64,000 bases of DNA, from sequence record OQ420740.1, one strand, 5' to 3'. Numbering within the stretch: position 1 is the first letter of the stretch; every line of letters starts with the position of its first letter. Made by a program: the position numbers and the translations under genes. The stretch comes from Escherichia phage B9-1. A model generated the notes under the pieces. The model was not told the DNA's origin. It ran no database searches and saw only the letters and a program-made list of their open reading frames with translations. This document shows, one piece after another, positions 27,601-36,003 of the stretch.

Positions 27601-28516
27601 ATGGGGCACAAAAATACAGGTAGACTCCGCAGGGAATAAGTATGTGGCAGGTATCCAGTTAGGCATGGAAGGCTCTGGAGGCCAAGTTCAGTCATATTTC
27701 ATGGTTAGCGCAAACAACTTTGCGGTATACAACCCAGGCAATGGAACAGCAACCCTTGCTTTCGCAATCAAGAACAACCAAGCGTTCTTGAAAGACGCTT
27801 TTATAGAGAACGGCACGATCTCTTCTGCCAAGATCGCGCAAGAAATTTCGTCAAACAACTACGATGGCAATGGGTACCACAAATACGGTTGGTATATTAA
27901 CAAGAACGGGCACGCCCAGTTTATGGATGTGTGGGTGAAAGGTAACATCAACGCTAGTGCAGGTAACTTCACAGGGGCAGTTAACGCCACCAGTGGTACC
28001 TTCCGTGGGGATGTTTATGCCAACAATGGTAGCTTTAGAGGGACCATAGATGCAACAGGAGGTACATTCCGTGGACGTGTAGAAGCTTCCGTTATCCGTG
28101 CTAACCAGTTCGAAGGTGCGATTGTTGCACACAGGACTTACGGAGATTGTGCTCCAGTATATAACTCGCAGCAAAGGGTTTGCCGTTGGAGGTGGAGATA
28201 TGTGGACAACGTGCAAGGCCAAGGTAAAAACGTAACATTCTTCTTTAAACTGAACGGTACACTTGCTAATTCTCAATTAAACGCGTGGATAGCAGGTCAT
28301 CAGCTGCTTGCTGGCAAGAAGTATTTTAATAACAACGATGGCATGTGTGCAGTTGGGATAACAGGTCTAGGTGAACAAACTATAGACATTATTATCGAGA
28401 TTTACACACCCTGGTCAACAGGGAACGTGACAGGAGTTACAATATCTTGTCCTACAGTCGTTGTAAGTCGTTCTAACTCAAGTTTCCAGGGACCTTGGAA
28501 CGAGTCTCACGACTAA
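24677..28516 (+). CDS. central tail fibre / host-specificity protein, lambda J-like (candidate)
   Basis: 1279 aa; four tandem 45-aa repeats in a helical stalk (about 26830-27600); C-terminal segment QWGTKIQVDSAGNKYVAGIQLG...FMVSANNFAVYNPGNG resembles the conserved region of J-type host-specificity proteins as recalled. Confidence 0.5.
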   Translation: MPIAMIDNIVASARSSSYDWNASKAALADSLNTVTTRTLDKIFEGNKSYRSQQDRQKLLRSSAAPCSVVYGKTRTSGLLAFLEQDRDRTLHCAIVLANHPLEGIEDILIDGNPISSYGDLVSWELHNDRKTSDPFMGTHCPSWSPDMIGRGISWLRASFKFDPNKFPFGLPNVTLVKVGKKCYDPRISKEVYTNNAALVILDYLRTYLKCPDETINWESFKEAANICDEAVKNADGTSERRYTINGEFDMDEAPASIMAEMLKACGADLSYVAGKYGLLVGAYYGPATMTLSEDCVCGEVKIYPEASFDKRSNTITGRFTSPTKGYSETDFPSVFVPEWVEKDGERKIIDIDYRFVTSPYQAQRVSAIFLRRARAGRIIEVTCNMRGFKFKPGRYVTMDLPSIGIVGQEMRVLEWEFTKKGGVKVKLRQDAKEWNDATGQLPDSGDVDIPISPSGVAQPQNFRYSVLQAGEVTHGVLAWDNVGTYAQNIVQVRKNGEIIWTAQTVEQFVRVEGLTKGSYTATVVATSYKGGVSPEAYCEFNIQAPEAPVSVEVKQGYFAITLIPHSRDLASVSTQYDFWTSGMTRLPDTSDATVTSKATRMGVGSTWTSEGLQNDKIYYWYIRTTNAFGSSQFVECAARCYTSIEDLMPQIDAEFKKTETYKELMSTLDSSIEEVENRVTELNKYMDGRVDEAFQQLGDRIGAVVTETTQKFEDVNGNITALDRKLVAAQNKFTNDLNTESGRLASLIETTNKATTDLLNKKTEALDEKLVAAKGELVEQISGVESGYLAGDKTLDGKINTQRTELDASILSTNQATVDLLNRTSETLDQKISQTNATVSKNYTTLDGKITTAKTDLNTLIANTNKATTDLLNQKTSALSEQITSARGEISTNKQAIKDLDGKLTSTKTALDATISDTNKATVDLINGTASAIRQELAVAKQEIIDDVGDVSELRAAVATTSKAVTDLEGKVNAQWGTKIQVDSAGNKYVAGIQLGMEGSGGQVQSYFMVSANNFAVYNPGNGTATLAFAIKNNQAFLKDAFIENGTISSAKIAQEISSNNYDGNGYHKYGWYINKNGHAQFMDVWVKGNINASAGNFTGAVNATSGTFRGDVYANNGSFRGTIDATGGTFRGRVEASVIRANQFEGAIVAHRTYGDCAPVYNSQQRVCRWRWRYVDNVQGQGKNVTFFFKLNGTLANSQLNAWIAGHQLLAGKKYFNNNDGMCAVGITGLGEQTIDIIIEIYTPWSTGNVTGVTISCPTVVVSRSNSSFQGPWNESHD

Positions 28517-28525
28517 CCTTTAAAG

Positions 28526-28550
28526 CCCCGCTTCGGCGGGGTTTATTTTT
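28526..28550 (+). terminator. rho-independent terminator
   Basis: Stem CCCCGC / GCGGGG, loop TTCG, then TTTATTTTT. Confidence 0.75.
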
Positions 28551-28559
28551 ATGCTCAGA

Positions 28560-28588
28560 TTGACTATTGTTACAAAATTTGGTAAAAT
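28560..28588 (+). promoter_or_regulatory. sigma70-like promoter (TTGACT, 17 bp, TGGTAAAAT)
   Basis: -35 at 28560-28565, -10 at 28583-28588; followed by GGAGGAG RBS and GTG start at 28622. Confidence 0.55.
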
Positions 28589-28621
28589 ACCTTGTAGAGA
28601 TTTTCATACCGGAGGAGTGAC

Positions 28622-30112
28622 GTGGCTAAGTATGGATTGACAGAGGCTGGTTTCGTTATACCAACTCTAAATGACCTAATCGTTGAAACTAAGCAAAGCC
28701 TGATCCGTGCTTTTGGCGAAAACTTCAACGTACAAAGTAACTCCGTTGCAGATAAGCTGACCACTATCTTCAACGAGCGAGAGTATCAACTTATTCTTAT
28801 GGCAGCATCTGTATACGCATCGCAGACGCTGTATGGGGCAGAAGGTATTTACCTTGATGAACTTCTTGGAAGGCAAGGTATTTATCGAAGAGGCCGTTCT
28901 AAATCATCAGGTACTTGCCAGTTGACAATTAACACAACTGTGCCGTACAATATGATTTATGATTCCAAAACCTACACGCTGGACAGTGGCAACTTTGTTC
29001 TTAGCAACGATGTGCAGGTGGCGGGAAATCTTATTGCTCACAGAATAAACGCTCCAGACCTAAGAATTGGGAAATACAACTTTCAAATTACCAACCAGAC
29101 AGATGGAAGTATCAAAACAAAAAGTCTGGTTTTAACAGATAAGGCTCTGGACTCTTCTGATTTGCCAAGCTTTTACGGCGAGATTAAGCAATTCATTGTC
29201 GATAATACAACCCTGCTGAATGATGATTTAATTCAGATAGATATGTTGACAGGGACGTTGTGGATAGGGTACAATTCGAATCTTGATCAAGTTGGACTTA
29301 ATAGCAGGGTAGATTTCAGAGTATCCCCGATTGTAGGGGAAAGAACTATCACCCTAGATGTTATCGCTAACGAGGCTGGTGAGCTGTCAAGAGAGGCAGA
29401 AACCGTGACAACAATGTCACCTACTCCCAGTGGATTTATCAAGCTTACCAACCGAGAAAGATTCAATGAGGGCAGGGATGTTGAGAAAGACTCTGAGTAT
29501 CGCCTAAGAGCTTCCAGCACTAAGCAGTTAACATCTAAAGCTACCCGCCCTGCAATTCTTAGCGCTGTAAGCGAGGTGAAAGGTGTTGAGAAAGTAAGAG
29601 TGTTCTCCAACAACACCGATAAAACGGATGCGAAAGGTATACCACCTTATAAGTTTCAAGTGGTGGTGTTTGGTGGTGCAACAGAGGATATCTGTCAGGC
29701 GCTGTATCAAACCATAGCTTGCACAAACAGAACTTATGGGAATATCTTCTACGATATTACCACATCGGACGGTCAGACTGAAAGGATTTATTACTCCAAG
29801 GCAAATACCTACCGCCTAGATGTAAGAATTACCTACTCAGGTGCTGCGCTTTCCACAACCGAAAAAGATGCCATTGTAGAGGCTCTTTTGCAGGTTGTTA
29901 ACGGACTGGATGTTGCAGATACGTTGTACAATATTCAATTGGTTGGTGCTGCATCGGCTGCTGTGTCAATAGGCAGATTTAACAGACTTGTAATTCAAGT
30001 CAAACCTGTGGGGGCCTCTGATGAAGCTTACACCACAAACGATATTGTTGCAAACATGACTGAGGTGTTTGATCTAGACGAAAGTAATATAACTTTCCAA
30101 CAAACTATTTAA
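28622..30112 (+). CDS. baseplate J-like wedge protein (candidate)
   Basis: 496 aa, GTG start; N-terminal MAKYGLTEAGFVIPTLNDL and later AEGIYLDELLGRQGIYRRGRSKSSG resemble the Baseplate_J family pattern; followed by gpI-like and fibre genes as in P2/Mu. Confidence 0.45.
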   Translation: MAKYGLTEAGFVIPTLNDLIVETKQSLIRAFGENFNVQSNSVADKLTTIFNEREYQLILMAASVYASQTLYGAEGIYLDELLGRQGIYRRGRSKSSGTCQLTINTTVPYNMIYDSKTYTLDSGNFVLSNDVQVAGNLIAHRINAPDLRIGKYNFQITNQTDGSIKTKSLVLTDKALDSSDLPSFYGEIKQFIVDNTTLLNDDLIQIDMLTGTLWIGYNSNLDQVGLNSRVDFRVSPIVGERTITLDVIANEAGELSREAETVTTMSPTPSGFIKLTNRERFNEGRDVEKDSEYRLRASSTKQLTSKATRPAILSAVSEVKGVEKVRVFSNNTDKTDAKGIPPYKFQVVVFGGATEDICQALYQTIACTNRTYGNIFYDITTSDGQTERIYYSKANTYRLDVRITYSGAALSTTEKDAIVEALLQVVNGLDVADTLYNIQLVGAASAAVSIGRFNRLVIQVKPVGASDEAYTTNDIVANMTEVFDLDESNITFQQTI

Positions 30113-30123
30113 GGCGGTGAGAT

Positions 30124-30810
30124 ATGGCAGAGATTAAGTCGGATGTCAACCACATCCACACTCTGCCAGATTTTGTTCAGGGAGGTCTTGATTACCTCCC
30201 TGGGGATTTTCTGGCTGAGAAGGTTAATTTAGTCACATTCTTAACCGTGTACCTTAAAAGGTTGGAGAATGTTGATAAAATGCTGGTAGGCTTGGCTGAA
30301 GGAAGACTGCTTAACAATGCCAGCGGGAGATACCTTGACGAAGTTGGTAATCAACTTGGTATTCTTAGGAATGGTCTTTCAGACGCGGATTTTCGTGCTA
30401 CGCTGATTATTCAGCAGGCAGCATCATCAAGAGGTGGTACTCGCGAAGATGTCATCTCCACCTTACGACAGTTGTTCGGAAGAGATAATTTCGATACGTG
30501 GAAAGGTGACAATTTCAGGTTTGACATAAACATTAGAAAAACTTGCTTTGACATATTGCAGTCTATCGACCAGATCTTAGATATGCTGCCATTGCCTTGT
30601 CATTTGCGTCTTACGGAGTCGCAAGGGCAAGCTTTTGGTTTTGAAGGAGACTCTACAGCTCTCGGCTTCGGATCAGTGTGGGAAGAAAACCAGTTCGGGG
30701 TTGGTGGGCTGGCTACTTTGCTATATGTTCCTGACGTAAGACCTGATTGGGATACCACAACTATTTATTGTGAAAGTATTACAGTAAACGCAACTAGACA
30801 GGAGGGTTAA
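30124..30810 (+). CDS. baseplate/tail protein, gpI (DUF2313)-like (candidate)
   Basis: 228 aa after J-like gene; motif YLDEVGNQLGILRNG resembles the conserved L-D-x-W/V-G-x-x-L-G core of P2 gpI-type proteins. Confidence 0.35.
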   Translation: MAEIKSDVNHIHTLPDFVQGGLDYLPGDFLAEKVNLVTFLTVYLKRLENVDKMLVGLAEGRLLNNASGRYLDEVGNQLGILRNGLSDADFRATLIIQQAASSRGGTREDVISTLRQLFGRDNFDTWKGDNFRFDINIRKTCFDILQSIDQILDMLPLPCHLRLTESQGQAFGFEGDSTALGFGSVWEENQFGVGGLATLLYVPDVRPDWDTTTIYCESITVNATRQEG

Positions 30811-32882
30811 TGGCAACAGCTGTTTTTAAACCTTACCGTGATTACTCTACGATGGCTGCACGGTTTCATTACCGCACAGTTCAGGATACTGCAGTTCCGG
30901 GTAGGGATTATGATCATGTTGAGGGTGATGTAACTATCCCGGTTGGGGCAACCAGTATTGAGATCCCTGTAGAAATTGTTGACAAATTGCCAAACAGGTT
31001 GCCAAGAAGCTTCTTTATGGAGTTTTCATCAAACTCCCAAGGGGTTATGATTGGAACACAAAGAGCGAAATGTACAATAGTTTCAGATGAGAATCTTGAC
31101 AGAATATCTTGGGATACCGTTGAGGAGAGAATGTTTCACCCAAGATACTGGGTTACAACCACGCAGCAGACTGAAAGCACCTGTATTGTTGCGGATAATA
31201 ACTGCTGTATTAACCGTTTAGTGTCAAGAACATATGGAGGCATGGCTGGGTGCATTTGGGAAACAGTTGACAAGTATGACCATTTCGGCATTGGATTTGA
31301 TGATCACTACGAGATGAGAAACACCAAGCTTTGGTTCAGAATGTCAATAACCAATGCCAGCAACTTCTCCACCCCTGAAAAGATGATTATGACTGTAGAC
31401 CTTGTTGATGGTACAATCATCTATGTTCCTTTAGCTCAATATGCTGTCAGCATCTCAGAGGATAAGAATGTTGCAGAAATTCATATTGATTTCGAGGACT
31501 GCGTCGGGATGGACCAGAACAACAACATGATGGGTGTTGATCCTCGGCAGGTGAGAAGGATTTTAATACCGCTTATGCCTAAAGATTGGGTAAGTAATAG
31601 CACAGACCCAAGAACGGAAAATGTAGAGTGTGAGCTGCGTCTAGATCTGCTTCAGCCGGACACAGGCTGGAAAATGATGCAACTTAACAATATCCAGGTG
31701 AAAGAGCACGACGTCGGGATCTGCACAGCATATGACGATATGTGGAACGTATCCCCTTTAAGGGTGTTGAGCAATATCAAGCGTCTGGGCTATACCGGAA
31801 CCATAAATCATTATGTTGGTATGAGTCATTATTATGACTACACATGGTCAGGAACCCAATGGTCTATAAACAAAACAGGAGCTCTAAACGCTGCAGCTTA
31901 TAAATGGCATGATGATTTTATGTACAATGCCAAACGACATGACTTCGACGTTATGCAGTCTGTAAGCTTTGAGCTTTATAGCGATGCCTGCCCGTTGGAA
32001 TGGACCCAGAGAGACTGGAACGATAACTATGCTAAAACAGGCTATACGCCTTGTAGTTACCTCCTGTCTCCAACCATTGAAGAGGGTATGAATTTCCTTA
32101 CTGCAGTATTTAAGAATTTTGCATCAGCCGCTATGAGAAACAACCTGCCAGTGATTATGCAGATTGGTGAACCGTGGTGGTGGTTCAATACCGATACTCG
32201 TAAGCCTTGTATTTATGACTACCCTACAAAGCAGGCGTTTTATGATGAGACTGGTGAATATGCACTAGACATTGGGACTATTGACGATCCTAAAACTGGC
32301 GGTGTTTATGACAAGTATGTAGCATTTTGTCGTGGTAAGCTTGGCGCTCGTATTGTAGCCATTTCAAAGGCAATAAAAGCACACGCTGCATCGGCTCAGA
32401 TGACAGCTTTACTGTTTTTCCCCACTATTATGGAAACCGAGCTTACGCAAAAACTGAACCTTGCTGACCAATATAAAAAGGAAGCAGGTGCTCTTGATTT
32501 CTTCTGCACTGAGTGCTACGATTGGGTGATGCAGGGAGGTATTGAAAAGGCAAAAGAGTCTGTAAACATACCTATCGTTAAGTTAGGTTGGAAACCGTCT
32601 GAAATACAATACCTTGCAGGGTTCGTTCCTAGCAAAGAGCTTGCTCCGGTATATGGCTACGACCCAACCAGGAATTACCAAGAATTTTTATGGAGATGTA
32701 TTTGCGGAAACATGGCAACTATAGAGTATAGATACCCTGAGGTAAAACAGTATGTGTGGGCATACCCGCAAGTAATGTCTGACAGCATCACTGTTACCGC
32801 CAGAGATTCTACCGTTCTGCACATGGGGCAGGTTGCTCTAAAAGGGTATGTAGAAGATGTTGTTCCGCCAGACTTCTCATAA
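30810..32882 (+). CDS. tail-associated protein with N-terminal Calx-beta-like domain and large enzymatic-looking domain
   Basis: 690 aa; aa 14-58 (AARFHYRTVQDTAVPGRDYDHVEGDVTIPVGATSIEIPVEIVD) matches the Calx-beta pattern; remainder Trp/Tyr/Asp-rich. Confidence 0.45.
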   Translation: MATAVFKPYRDYSTMAARFHYRTVQDTAVPGRDYDHVEGDVTIPVGATSIEIPVEIVDKLPNRLPRSFFMEFSSNSQGVMIGTQRAKCTIVSDENLDRISWDTVEERMFHPRYWVTTTQQTESTCIVADNNCCINRLVSRTYGGMAGCIWETVDKYDHFGIGFDDHYEMRNTKLWFRMSITNASNFSTPEKMIMTVDLVDGTIIYVPLAQYAVSISEDKNVAEIHIDFEDCVGMDQNNNMMGVDPRQVRRILIPLMPKDWVSNSTDPRTENVECELRLDLLQPDTGWKMMQLNNIQVKEHDVGICTAYDDMWNVSPLRVLSNIKRLGYTGTINHYVGMSHYYDYTWSGTQWSINKTGALNAAAYKWHDDFMYNAKRHDFDVMQSVSFELYSDACPLEWTQRDWNDNYAKTGYTPCSYLLSPTIEEGMNFLTAVFKNFASAAMRNNLPVIMQIGEPWWWFNTDTRKPCIYDYPTKQAFYDETGEYALDIGTIDDPKTGGVYDKYVAFCRGKLGARIVAISKAIKAHAASAQMTALLFFPTIMETELTQKLNLADQYKKEAGALDFFCTECYDWVMQGGIEKAKESVNIPIVKLGWKPSEIQYLAGFVPSKELAPVYGYDPTRNYQEFLWRCICGNMATIEYRYPEVKQYVWAYPQVMSDSITVTARDSTVLHMGQVALKGYVEDVVPPDFS

Positions 32883-32894
32883 TCAGGAGATAAA

Positions 32895-33935
32895 ATGTCA
32901 AAACCTAGTTTTCCATTAGAGATTTGGGCAGAGGAGGATCAGGTTCTGCCTAACACCCACAGACAGAACAGGCTACGCCCGATTGATGATTTGTGGAGAA
33001 AAGGTTGGGATCTTGGTCAAAAGCCGTCATGTGAAGAACTTAACTATATTTTCAATATGCTCGGGACTTGGGCAAAATATATTGCTGACGAGCAGATCCC
33101 AGCCCAAGAAGGCCGTTATCTGGTACGTGATAATAACCTAAGTGATCTTTTGAACATTCCTGTTGCCCGTAGAAACCTTGGGATTATTACTAAGGAAGAG
33201 GCAGACACCAGGTATGTAAAAGTTACAGGCGATACAATGACAGGCCCCTTAGGTTTGCAGCGTATCAACTTTAAAGCTGCTGAGACAGATAAGGCTTGGA
33301 TAGAGACAACTATTGGCCCAGATAAGACAACTCTCGACTTTGGGTTAAGTGATAACACTGGGGCGTTTGATGATGGTGGCACATCTACAGTAGATGCGTT
33401 TCGTTGGAGATTCCAGCCAACTCAGCCAGATATTAATCCAGAGTTCACTTTGATGTACCTGAACGCGATCACGGCTAACCGTGCGCTGTTGAAAGTGGTA
33501 GGTAATGTTGAAGTTGTCGATAACATGCGGTGTAACAACCTTACCATTAGCAGCACAGCAACATTCACCAACTGTAATGTGGCTAGTCAGTTGACAGCTG
33601 GGTCCGTTTATGTTAATGGCGGCGCAAGTTGTGACAGTATGGTTGTAAGAAGCCAGCATTGTGTTGTCGGTAACAGAAATGTGGTGCGCTCTGTGAATGG
33701 AGTGACGGCTAACGGTAACGGCGATGTAACGATCACCATCCCGCAGACAGGGGTACAGGATATCAGAATCGGTGCAAGACTTGTTGATGGTGTTTCTGAA
33801 TCTCCAGTTCGCAACGGCTACGTTGTCACAGGTTGGCATTTTGGTGATAAAAAAGAGATGCGTGGTTCAACCTACTGGGCAGGACCTTTACAAAAACTTG
33901 TAAACGGTCAATGGATCACTGTTAATTATGCGTAG
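32895..33935 (+). CDS. tail fibre protein, paralogue A (P2 gpH-like C-terminus)
   Basis: 346 aa; paralogous to ORF 34948 in N-terminal region; C-terminus LQKLVNGQWITVNYA resembles the conserved fibre C-terminus (P2 gpH ...IQKYINGTWYNVAQV as recalled). Confidence 0.55.
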   Translation: MSKPSFPLEIWAEEDQVLPNTHRQNRLRPIDDLWRKGWDLGQKPSCEELNYIFNMLGTWAKYIADEQIPAQEGRYLVRDNNLSDLLNIPVARRNLGIITKEEADTRYVKVTGDTMTGPLGLQRINFKAAETDKAWIETTIGPDKTTLDFGLSDNTGAFDDGGTSTVDAFRWRFQPTQPDINPEFTLMYLNAITANRALLKVVGNVEVVDNMRCNNLTISSTATFTNCNVASQLTAGSVYVNGGASCDSMVVRSQHCVVGNRNVVRSVNGVTANGNGDVTITIPQTGVQDIRIGARLVDGVSESPVRNGYVVTGWHFGDKKEMRGSTYWAGPLQKLVNGQWITVNYA

Positions 33936-33949
33936 ATCGGAGGACTAGC

Positions 33950-34534
33950 ATGAAAATACTTCAAGAGTTTAAACTTTACCAACCGGGATCTGGCGAATAC
34001 CACACCAACAAGGAGACCAAGGAGCTGACTCCTCAGGAGGTTGAGGATTACACAGCATACACTGGATATTTTTTACGTAATGATGATGGCGATTGGTATG
34101 TGCAATCACGAACACTGCGACAAGAAAATCCAGGCTGTATCTTCTTACTTGTTGACGAGAAGGGTATTCTTAAGACATCTACAGAAGAACCTGATGCCTT
34201 GTGGCCTGCTCCGGGTCTTCGTGTGGTTATCGCCAAAAAAGAAGAGGTACCAGAAAACATTATGCTCCACCACGACGCTTTGCGTTTAGTTGGTGATGAA
34301 TTTGTCACAGACAATGAATTCTTTGTTCAACAGGCAGAGGGTGTCATAGAGACAGAACTTGCTTGGGCTACTGCTAGAATTGGTGCCTATCAAGACATGA
34401 TTGACCTTGAATACGATCTTACTGATGACCAAAAACGCAACATCAGAGATTTGAAAATGTACAGGGTAAAACTTCTTGAAATAGATACATCTAAAGCCCC
34501 TGACATTTTCTTCCCGGAACGACCTACCCTCTAA
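33950..34534 (+). CDS. tail fibre assembly protein (Tfa-like chaperone)
   Basis: 194 aa directly after fibre paralogue A; C-terminal LAWATARIGAYQDMIDLEYDLTDDQKRNIRDLKMYRVKLLEID...FFPERP resembles the Tfa family conserved region. Confidence 0.5.
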   Translation: MKILQEFKLYQPGSGEYHTNKETKELTPQEVEDYTAYTGYFLRNDDGDWYVQSRTLRQENPGCIFLLVDEKGILKTSTEEPDALWPAPGLRVVIAKKEEVPENIMLHHDALRLVGDEFVTDNEFFVQQAEGVIETELAWATARIGAYQDMIDLEYDLTDDQKRNIRDLKMYRVKLLEIDTSKAPDIFFPERPTL

Positions 34535-34545
34535 GAGGAGGTGTT

Positions 34546-34860
34546 GTGGAGTTGGATTTGGCGGCATTGTACGGTATCTGCATGGGTACCGTTGTCCCGA
34601 TCTGTGTATGGGCTTTCAACCAGTGGCACACCAAATGGAAAGGCATTTCCAAGAGGTTGGATGAGCTGGAGAAAGACCTCATTTTAGTGAAAAATAGCAT
34701 GGTTACAAAAGATAGACTTGATTCCATTATTGAAACCCGGTTAAGTAAGCTAGAGGCTGATATCAACGACCTTAAGCAAGATGTCAGGACAGATGTCTCC
34801 GGTATCAGAGCTGATGTGCAAAAGATTTTACACATGCTTGTAGAGCATAGTAAAAGGTAA
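34546..34860 (+). CDS. small membrane protein with N-terminal hydrophobic segment and charged helical domain
   Basis: GTG start after GAGGAGG; aa 5-27 hydrophobic (LAALYGICMGTVVPICVWAF), remainder charged helical-type; 104 aa; followed by terminator. Confidence 0.45.
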   Translation: MELDLAALYGICMGTVVPICVWAFNQWHTKWKGISKRLDELEKDLILVKNSMVTKDRLDSIIETRLSKLEADINDLKQDVRTDVSGIRADVQKILHMLVEHSKR

Positions 34861-34870
34861 ACAAAGGCCA

Positions 34871-34900
34871 GAACGGCAAGGATGCCGTTCTTGCATTTTG
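34871..34900 (+). terminator. rho-independent terminator
   Basis: Stem GAACGGCA / TGCCGTTC, loop AGGA, then TTGCATTTTGTT. Confidence 0.5.
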
Positions 34901-34919
34901 TTCTCTAAAGTGTTAAAAT
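34891..34919 (+). promoter_or_regulatory. sigma70-like promoter (TTGCAT, 17 bp, TAAAAT) overlapping terminator tail
   Basis: -35 at 34891-34896, -10 at 34914-34919; upstream of fibre paralogue B. Confidence 0.4.
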
Positions 34920-34947
34920 AGTCCTTAAGGAATTTTCTCAGGAGAAC

Positions 34948-35994
34948 GTGATGACTAAACCAGTTATCCCTCTTGATATTTGGGCCAATCAGGATGTTGT
35001 GCTTGAAAATACGGGAGAATTGAATAAGTCCCAACCAAAAAAAGAAGAGAGATTGAAAGGTTGGGATATGACACAAAGAGTGGCATGTGAAGTTGTTAAC
35101 TTTGAACTTCACATGCTTTCTGCGTGGTTAAAGCATTTAACAGAAGATGTTGTCCCAGGATGGGATAATAGATTCTTAAGGGTCACTAATAATCTGGCAG
35201 ACGTTCCAGACAAAGCTGCTGCACGTCAAGTTCTCAATGTATACTCGCCTGAAGAAATGGATGACCTTTATGTTGACAAGACTGGAGACACAATGATCCA
35301 GACTCAAACTTTAGGTCTTCAAAGAATTGAGTTTGCATCTGCGTCAACAGACAATGCGGCGATATACACCACCATAACTCCAGACAAGACGATGATGGAT
35401 TTCTGGATTATGGACAACATCGGTGGCGCTGACGGCACAGACCTTGATGATCCTTCTCACCAAATAGACGGTTTCCGTTGGAGATTTCAACCTTCTGGTG
35501 GGCAGCCTGTGTTTTCGGCTATGAAGCTCAATGCTATAACTGCCAACCGTGCAAGACTGGCTATCCAAGGAAATCTTGAATGCAATGATGCAAAAAGCTC
35601 CTCTGCAAATGCCAATGCGGTAACGATACCAAGAGCCACTGTTAATGGACAACAATCCTGCGGCAGCGCTCAAATAGGTGGAAGAGTAGATTGTAACGAT
35701 AAAACCGCCAGGGGTCAATATGCAACAGTTGGTGGGAGAAACGTGGTCCGCAGGGTAAATGGTAGTAGCGCAGATAGCAGTGGTAACCTTACTATCCCTA
35801 TGCCTAGTAGGGGTGTTGAAGATGTAAGGATAGCAAACCGTTTCAGAACCACCTACAGAGAATCAAGAGTATACCCTGGGCATGTAATGTGCTCCGGCAA
35901 TTACGCCTATAAACACCCGTATCAAGGTGACTATTGGACTGGTGCTATTCAAAAATTTGTAAACGGTCAATGGATCACGATATCTTATGCTTAA
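34948..35994 (+). CDS. tail fibre protein, paralogue B
   Basis: 348 aa; N-terminus MMTKPVIPLDIWANQDVVLENTGELN parallels MSKPSFPLEIWAEEDQVLPNTHRQN of paralogue A; C-terminus IQKFVNGQWITISYA. Confidence 0.55.
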   Translation: MMTKPVIPLDIWANQDVVLENTGELNKSQPKKEERLKGWDMTQRVACEVVNFELHMLSAWLKHLTEDVVPGWDNRFLRVTNNLADVPDKAAARQVLNVYSPEEMDDLYVDKTGDTMIQTQTLGLQRIEFASASTDNAAIYTTITPDKTMMDFWIMDNIGGADGTDLDDPSHQIDGFRWRFQPSGGQPVFSAMKLNAITANRARLAIQGNLECNDAKSSSANANAVTIPRATVNGQQSCGSAQIGGRVDCNDKTARGQYATVGGRNVVRRVNGSSADSSGNLTIPMPSRGVEDVRIANRFRTTYRESRVYPGHVMCSGNYAYKHPYQGDYWTGAIQKFVNGQWITISYA

Positions 35995-36003
35995 AGAGGG
36001 TAA

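Noticed and set aside
34546-34860. Embedded Rz1-like lipoprotein (o-spanin) inside the small membrane protein gene
   Set aside because: Scanned alternative frames by eye; the only internal ATG ORF (from 34601) is about 18 codons with no lipobox.
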